From the NCBI GenBank assembly GCA_046725875.1, contig JBKOZJ010000095.1, positions 1 to 33,158 of the forward strand: a stretch of DNA of 33,158 nt. Direction: 5' to 3'. Shown here piece by piece: positions 27,664 to 33,158 of the stretch (position 1 is its first letter; every line of letters begins with the position of its first letter). A program made the translations under genes and the position numbers. The DNA is from Actinomycetota bacterium (lineage in GTDB: Bacteria; Actinomycetota; Actinomycetes; JAKEEW01). A model generated the notes under the pieces. That model was not told the DNA's origin. It ran no database searches and worked only from the letters and a program-made list of their open reading frames with translations.

Positions 27664-29742
27664 GTGTCGAAGTTGACCGACATCCCGAAGCGCATCCTCG
27701 TCGGCCGCGCGCTGCGCAGCGACCGGCTGCACGAAACCCTGCTTCCGAAGCGGATCGCGCTTCCGGTCTTCGCGAGCGACCCACTCTCGTCCGTGGCATA
27801 CGCTCCGCAGGAAATCTTCCTGACCCTGTCGATCGGCGGGGTCACTTTCTACCACTACGGGCCGTGGGTCGCCGCGGCGGTCGTGCTTCTCATGGCCGTG
27901 GTCGTGGCCTCCTACCGGCAGAACGTGCACGCCTACCCGAGTGGAGGCGGCGACTATGAGGTCGCGACGACGAATCTCGGCTCCGGGGCCGGCCTCACCG
28001 TGGCGAGCGCGCTGCTCGTGGACTATGTCCTCACCGTTGCCGTGTCGGTCTCGGCGGGCATCGACAACCTGGGCTCCCTGAACGGCTACGTCGCGGATCA
28101 CAAACCGCAGATCGCACTCATCGTCGTTCTCGTCCTGACTCTGGGGAACCTGCGCGGGGTACGCGAGTCGGGCACCGCGTTCGCCATCCCCACCTACGGC
28201 TTCATGATCGGCGTGCTCGGGCTGGTGGCGTGGGGGCTGTTCCGGAGACTTGTGCTCGGCGATGACCTGAAGGCGCCGTCCTCGGCACTCGAGATTCGCC
28301 CGGAGGTGGGTGCCGCCAGCCTAACCGGCTTCGCGCTGGTTTTCCTGCTGATGCGAGCGTTCTCGTCGGGCTGCGCGGCGTTGACCGGCGTCGAGGCGAT
28401 CAGCAACGGGGTCCCGGCCTTCCGGCACCCGAAGAGCAGGAACGCCGCCACGACGCTGCTGCTGATGGGCACGGTCGCCGTGACCATGTTCGTCGGAGTA
28501 CTGACCCTAGCGATGATCTCCGATGCACGGTTCGCCGAGAACCCGGCCAAGGACCTGTTGCGCAACGGCGGGCCGGTCGGGCCGGCATACCACCAGCAGC
28601 CGATCATCACCGAGGTGGCCTCGGCCGTCTTCGGCGAGGACGGTATGGGCGGCCTCGCCTTCGGCTATATCGCCCTGGTCACCGCGCTGATTCTCGTCCT
28701 TGCGGCCAACACGGCGTTCAACGGCTTCCCGGTGCTTGGGTCGATCCTCGCCCGGGACGGCTACTTGCCGCGCCAACTGCACACCAGGGGTGACCGGCTG
28801 GCTTTCAGCAACGGCATCATCCTGCTCGCCGCGTTCGCCGCACTGTTGATCTACGCGTTCGACGCGGACGTCACCCGGCTCATCCAGCTCTACATCATCG
28901 GGGTTTTCGTGTCGTTCACCCTCAGCCAACTCGGCATGGTGCGGCACTGGACCCGGCTGTTGAAGACGGAGACCGACGGCGCGGACCGGCGGCGAATGAT
29001 GCGCTCCCGGGTAATTAACGCGGTCGGCTTCACCTTCACCGGGCTGGTGCTCGTGATCGTACTGATCACCAAGTTCACGCACGGCGCCTGGATCGTGTGC
29101 GTAGCGATGCCGATCATCTTCATCGGGATGCGTGGAATCCGCCGACATTATGACCATGTGCGGCACGAGCTCGCCGTGGACGAGCAGGACGATGTGACGA
29201 TGATGCCCTCCCGGGTCCACGCGATCGTGCTCGTGTCGAAGATCCACAAACCGACGTTGCGGGCCTTGATGTACGCGAAAGCAAGCCGGCCGACGACCGT
29301 CGAGGCGGTGACGGTCAACGTCGACCCGGCCGAGACGAAAGCGTTGCAGGACGAGTGGGACCGGCGTGGAATCTCGGTGCCGCTCAAGGTGCTCGACTCG
29401 CCTTATCGAGAGGTCACTCGGCCGATCACCGACTACGTCAAGTCGGTTCGTCGCCGCAGCCCCCGGGACCTGGTAACTGTGTTCATCCCCGAGTACGTCG
29501 TTGGGCGCTGGTGGGAACAGCTGCTGCACAACCAGAGCGCGCTCCGGCTGAAGACGCGGCTGCGGTTCACCCCTGGGGTGATGGTGACCAATGTGCCGTT
29601 CCAGCTCCACTCGTCGGCCGCGCGCGTGAAGCGACCTGAGGGACCGGCTCCAGGCCAGGCCCGGCGCGGGGATCCAGGCGAGGGGGCGGCACCGGTCGGT
29701 GCGGCTGGCCCCGCCGGGACCGAAGATCGTCGCAACCCATGA
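27664..29742 (+). CDS. APC family permease (KimA/YdaO-like, probable K+ transporter)
   Basis: FASDPLSSVAY, YPSGGGDYEV, DYVLTVAVS, TGVEAISNGVPAF, cytoplasmic SPYRE...LLHNQSA; divergent from the trkA pair; TAGCAT -10 element 6 nt upstream. Confidence 0.9.
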   Translation: MSKLTDIPKRILVGRALRSDRLHETLLPKRIALPVFASDPLSSVAYAPQEIFLTLSIGGVTFYHYGPWVAAAVVLLMAVVVASYRQNVHAYPSGGGDYEVATTNLGSGAGLTVASALLVDYVLTVAVSVSAGIDNLGSLNGYVADHKPQIALIVVLVLTLGNLRGVRESGTAFAIPTYGFMIGVLGLVAWGLFRRLVLGDDLKAPSSALEIRPEVGAASLTGFALVFLLMRAFSSGCAALTGVEAISNGVPAFRHPKSRNAATTLLLMGTVAVTMFVGVLTLAMISDARFAENPAKDLLRNGGPVGPAYHQQPIITEVASAVFGEDGMGGLAFGYIALVTALILVLAANTAFNGFPVLGSILARDGYLPRQLHTRGDRLAFSNGIILLAAFAALLIYAFDADVTRLIQLYIIGVFVSFTLSQLGMVRHWTRLLKTETDGADRRRMMRSRVINAVGFTFTGLVLVIVLITKFTHGAWIVCVAMPIIFIGMRGIRRHYDHVRHELAVDEQDDVTMMPSRVHAIVLVSKIHKPTLRALMYAKASRPTTVEAVTVNVDPAETKALQDEWDRRGISVPLKVLDSPYREVTRPITDYVKSVRRRSPRDLVTVFIPEYVVGRWWEQLLHNQSALRLKTRLRFTPGVMVTNVPFQLHSSAARVKRPEGPAPGQARRGDPGEGAAPVGAAGPAGTEDRRNP

Positions 29743-29766
29743 AGTCGCCAGCAGCACCGGCCCTCG

Positions 29767-30846
29767 TCAGCCTTCGCGCACGGTAGCGGCGACCGCGAGC
29801 TCCCGCAGTGCCTCGCGCGCTTCGGCATCGACTGCGCTGCCTTCGAGTGCTTCGAGCGCGCGGCCGGTGAGGTCGCCGATGAGTCTCTCGACCTCCGCCA
29901 GGGCTCCGGTCTCGGCGAGGACGTTGCGGAGGTCGTCGAGGCCCTCGTTGTCAACCGACCGGTTGCCGAGGCGACCCTCGATAACGGTCCGTTGGCGCTG
30001 GTCGGCCCGCCGGTATGCGAGCGCGACGAGCAGCGTCCGCTTTCCCTCGCGCAGGTCGTCGCCGGCCGGCTTGCCGGTCTCTGCCGGGTCCCCGAAGACG
30101 CCGAGTACGTCGTCGCGCAGCTGGAAGGCCTCGCCGATCGGAACGCCGTACTCGCTATAGGTTGCGAGGAGCGCCGGCGGCGCACCAGCCAGCAAGCCGC
30201 CGAGGTGCAGCGGCCGCTCCACGGTGTACTTAGCAGACTTGTAGCGCACCACCCGGAGCGCGCGCTCGGTGTCGGCGCCGCCGGTGATCTGGGCCAGTAC
30301 GTCCAGATACTGGCCGGCCATGACTTCGGTGCGCATCCGCTGGAAGACCGGTTTGGCCCGGAGCATCACCTCGGCGGGAAGACCGCAGCTCTCGATCATC
30401 TCGTCGCACCACGATAGGCATAGATCCCCGACCAGGATCGCCGCCGCGCTCCCGAAGTCGGCGGCCTGGCTCTGGCCTGCGGTGCGGCCGGGACGGTCGA
30501 GAACACGCTGAGCGAATCGGCGGTGGACAGCGGGCTGCCCGCGCCGGGTATCGCTGCCGTCCATCAGATCGTCGTGAATCAGGGCCGCGGCGTGCAGCAG
30601 CTCGAGCGACGAGGCGGCAACGACGATCTCGGGGCCGTCCGGGGCGCCGGCTCCGCGCCACCCCCAGTAGCAGAATGCCGGCCGCAGTCGCTTGCCGCCG
30701 TCCAAGAAGTCGCGGACCGCCACAGCTACCGCTGACAGCTCCACGTCGATGGTCGTCAGTGTCGTCGTCTGATCGGCGATGAAGTCATCGAGCGCCTGCG
30801 CGACCCGGCGCCGCAAGTCACCCGACGAAGTAGCCGTCACCGCCAC
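29767..30846 (-). CDS. Polyprenyl diphosphate (GGPP-type) synthase
   Basis: GGKRLRP, LIHDDLMD..RRG, GQYLD, YKSAKYT, FQLRDD, DLREGK. Confidence 0.93.
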   Translation of the reverse strand: MAVTATSSGDLRRRVAQALDDFIADQTTTLTTIDVELSAVAVAVRDFLDGGKRLRPAFCYWGWRGAGAPDGPEIVVAASSLELLHAAALIHDDLMDGSDTRRGQPAVHRRFAQRVLDRPGRTAGQSQAADFGSAAAILVGDLCLSWCDEMIESCGLPAEVMLRAKPVFQRMRTEVMAGQYLDVLAQITGGADTERALRVVRYKSAKYTVERPLHLGGLLAGAPPALLATYSEYGVPIGEAFQLRDDVLGVFGDPAETGKPAGDDLREGKRTLLVALAYRRADQRQRTVIEGRLGNRSVDNEGLDDLRNVLAETGALAEVERLIGDLTGRALEALEGSAVDAEAREALRELAVAATVREG

Positions 30847-30963
30847 CTTGCGAGAGTATCTGCGCCGGTCACGGCCATCGAGGGATCAAGCCGGGAGCTG
30901 CCAGGCCCGCCTGGTCCAGGCCGCCGAGCTGCCGGGGATCCCGCTGCCAGGTACTCTCGCGGC

Positions 30964-31878
30964 ATGGCACTCGGGATCCCGTCGACCATGCCGGGCGGCG
31001 CGACCACGATTCGCGAGCTGCTCGCGGCCGGCGGGCGGTCGTACTCCTTCGAGTTCTTCCCGCCGCGCACCGACGAGGGGGAGCGGCAGCTCTGGACGGC
31101 AATCAGGCGGCTGGAGCCGCTACGGCCGACATTCGTTTCGGTGACCTACGGCGCCGGTGGATCGACCAGAGATCGCACCGTCCGCATCACCGGGCAGATC
31201 GCGCAGGACACGACGCTGACCCCAGTCGGTCATCTGACCTGTGTCGGCGCGCCGAGGTCGGAGCTGCGGACTGTGATCGGGGCATATGCTGACGCCGGAG
31301 TGCGCAACGTGCTCGCATTGCGGGGCGACGCGCCGCGCGGCGCCGTGGAGTGGACCCCGCACCCCGAAGGACTGCGCCACGCCGACGAGCTGGTACGGCT
31401 CGTCCGCGAGCTCGGCGACTTCTGTGTCGGGGTCGCCGCGCACACGGACGGTCATCCGGAAGCCCCAGACCCGGAGACCGACGCGCGGTATCTCGCCCAG
31501 AAGGCCGCCGCCGGGGCGGACTTCGCCATCACTCAGCTGTTCTTCGACGCCGGTGCCTACTTCGGCCTGCTCGAACGGGCCGGGCGGCACGGCTGCACGA
31601 TCCCGATCATCCCAGGCATCATGCCGGTGACGAACGTTCGCCAGATCCAGCGTTTCGCCGAGCTATCGGGCACGCCCTTCCCGGCCGATCTTGCCGAGCG
31701 CCTGCTGGCTGTCGAGGACGACCCGGAGGCTGTGCGGCGGATCGGCGTGGACCATGCCGTCAACCTTTGTGAGGAGCTGCTCGATGGCGGCGTGCCCGGC
31801 TTGCACTTCTACACGTTGAACCGGTCGACTGCCACGCTGGAGATCTACCAGGCGCTCGGGCTCGGCGTATCCGTTTGA
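30964..31878 (+). CDS. metF: 5,10-methylenetetrahydrofolate reductase
   Basis: SFEFFPP, VSVTYGAGGS, HLTCV, LALRGD, ITQLFF, PGIMP, HFYTLNRS. Confidence 0.96.
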   Translation: MALGIPSTMPGGATTIRELLAAGGRSYSFEFFPPRTDEGERQLWTAIRRLEPLRPTFVSVTYGAGGSTRDRTVRITGQIAQDTTLTPVGHLTCVGAPRSELRTVIGAYADAGVRNVLALRGDAPRGAVEWTPHPEGLRHADELVRLVRELGDFCVGVAAHTDGHPEAPDPETDARYLAQKAAAGADFAITQLFFDAGAYFGLLERAGRHGCTIPIIPGIMPVTNVRQIQRFAELSGTPFPADLAERLLAVEDDPEAVRRIGVDHAVNLCEELLDGGVPGLHFYTLNRSTATLEIYQALGLGVSV

Positions 31879-31912
31879 TCTCAGGCGCCGTCCCGGACGC
31901 GGAGGTGAGCCA

Positions 31913-32533
31913 GTGGACGAGGGGATCACCGTCACGGGCGTCGGCACGGCCACGGCGCCGCCGAATACCTTCCGGCTCGACCTCGGGTCACAGATCACCG
32001 CCGAGACCGCAACCGGGGCGCTGCGCGGCGCCGGCGACGCGCTCGACCAGATGCGCAAGGTGCTCATGGACGGCGGCGTGGGCCGGGAGGAGATTGAGAG
32101 CACCGGGATCAACCTCTGGCCCCAGCACTCCGCGGACGGTCATGCGGTCACCGGTTATACCGCCATGCTGCGGCTCACCGTCCGCGTCCGCGACGTGGAG
32201 CGGGTCGGTGCGCTGCTCGCCGAGACGGTGGCCGCGGGCGGGGACGCCAGCCGACTCGAGGGGGCGGATTTCGAGTACGACGACCCGGGCGGGCTTCTCT
32301 CCGGAGCGCGCGAGGCGGCCTGGCGGGACGCCGAGGCGAAGGCGTCGCAGTATGCCCGGCTGGCCGGCCGGTCGCTGGGCGCGGTCGTGGCCGTCTCCGA
32401 ACGGGTCGCCGACGGCGGCCCGGCGCCGATGCCGCGCTTCAAGCTCGTTGCGGCGGCCGCCGACGCCGTCCCGGTGGAACCTGGAACGACCTCGGTGACC
32501 GTACACGTCGACGTCCGCTGGACCCTCACCTAG
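31913..32533 (+). CDS. SIMPL domain (DUF541) protein
   Basis: ITVTGVG..., AREAAWRDAEAKASQYARLAG..LG.V, PVEPG...V.V.V.W; GGAGG RBS. Confidence 0.9.
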   Translation: MDEGITVTGVGTATAPPNTFRLDLGSQITAETATGALRGAGDALDQMRKVLMDGGVGREEIESTGINLWPQHSADGHAVTGYTAMLRLTVRVRDVERVGALLAETVAAGGDASRLEGADFEYDDPGGLLSGAREAAWRDAEAKASQYARLAGRSLGAVVAVSERVADGGPAPMPRFKLVAAAADAVPVEPGTTSVTVHVDVRWTLT

Positions 32534-32614
32534 TCCCCACTAACCGCAACCTCCCCCGGACACGTTCTAACCTGGTCGGCGCCTGGTTGGGGTGGGGGTT
32601 GAGGAGGCTGGCCC

Positions 32615-32789
32615 GTGGCGCTGTACGCGATGGTCGCGTGGTACAGCTTCCGGCGGAAGACCACATACCGTGCGGCGACTGCACGACGTGCAAGACCTGA
32701 CGGTGGAAGAGCCGGCCATCGAAGATGTCGTCCGCCTGCTCTATTCCAAGAGTCGGCAAGACGGTCGTCAGTCCGCGAGCGGTCGGTAA
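32615..32789 (+). pseudogene. Remnant of an ABC transporter operon: permease N-terminus joined out of frame to an ATPase C-terminus
   Basis: GAGGAGG RBS + MALYAMVAWYSFRRKTTYRAAT (ABC-2/DUF990-type permease start), then in another frame VQDLTVEEPAIEDVVRLLYS...stop (ABC ATPase tail). Confidence 0.7.
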
Positions 32790-32843
32790 GGACCGCAAAG
32801 CCAGCGTTCCCGGTGGCTGAGCGCTTCCGTGCGCACAGAGGCT

Positions 32844-33158
32844 TCAGTCGGGGACCACGTCTGCCACTCGCCCGTCACTTAGTCGTACGAGCTCTTCGAA
32901 CGTCGTAGGGAAGACCCAGTGCGGGTGTCCGGCGGCAGCCCACACGACCTCATGCTTCGCGAGCCACGCGTCTACCAGCGTCTCGATTCGTTCGGGGTGC
33001 CCAATTGGAGCGACGCCACCGATGGGGAAGCCCGTGTGAGCACGCACGAAGCCGGCGTCGGCTCGCTCGACTGCCGTAGCGCCGAGCTGGTCGGCGATGT
33101 GCGCTGCGTCGACCCGATGCGCGCCGCTCGTCAGGACCAGCAGCGGCTTGCCGTCGGC
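32844..33158 (-). CDS. YbaK/EbsC family aminoacyl-tRNA deacylase (5'-truncated by window)
   Basis: PLLVLTSGAHRVD...VRAHTGFPIGGVAPIGH...VWAAAG; frame open to the window end. Confidence 0.9.
   Translation of the reverse strand, partial: ADGKPLLVLTSGAHRVDAAHIADQLGATAVERADAGFVRAHTGFPIGGVAPIGHPERIETLVDAWLAKHEVVWAAAGHPHWVFPTTFEELVRLSDGRVADVVPD

Noticed and set aside
2040..30185. Many long overlapping or antisense ORFs (e.g. 2040-3173, 5570-6562, 19075-20085, 28507-29757)
   Set aside because: Arg/Pro/Ala-rich shadows of real genes, expected at this GC content; no recognisable motifs.

Overview
GC-rich actinobacterial chromosome segment, mostly conserved core: DUF5998 / alkaline-phosphatase-family / VOC genes, then kynU, sepH, MFS, hemH, inositol monophosphatase, DUF4193, dut, DUF3710, OB-fold, DUF3159, trkA-trkA, APC permease, polyprenyl synthase, metF, SIMPL and ybaK. 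The accessory signals are: (1) a four-gene proteolytic signalling module (TPR-CHAT caspase-like protease, cytoplasmic S8 subtilase, ECF sigma factor, small putative anti-sigma), with an intact IS3-family element inserted between its genes and an array of G-tract hairpins upstream of the sigma gene; (2) an AbiEi/DUF559 nuclease-domain gene bracketed by two homologous 80-bp GATC-ended palindromic elements plus tandem repeats, resembling a REP-like repeat/nuclease system; (3) a 132-bp tandem repeat at a GTGA stop/start junction that carries its own RBS and mini-ORF; (4) a deletion scar of an ABC transporter operon. All family calls come from motif recognition by eye, not database searches.
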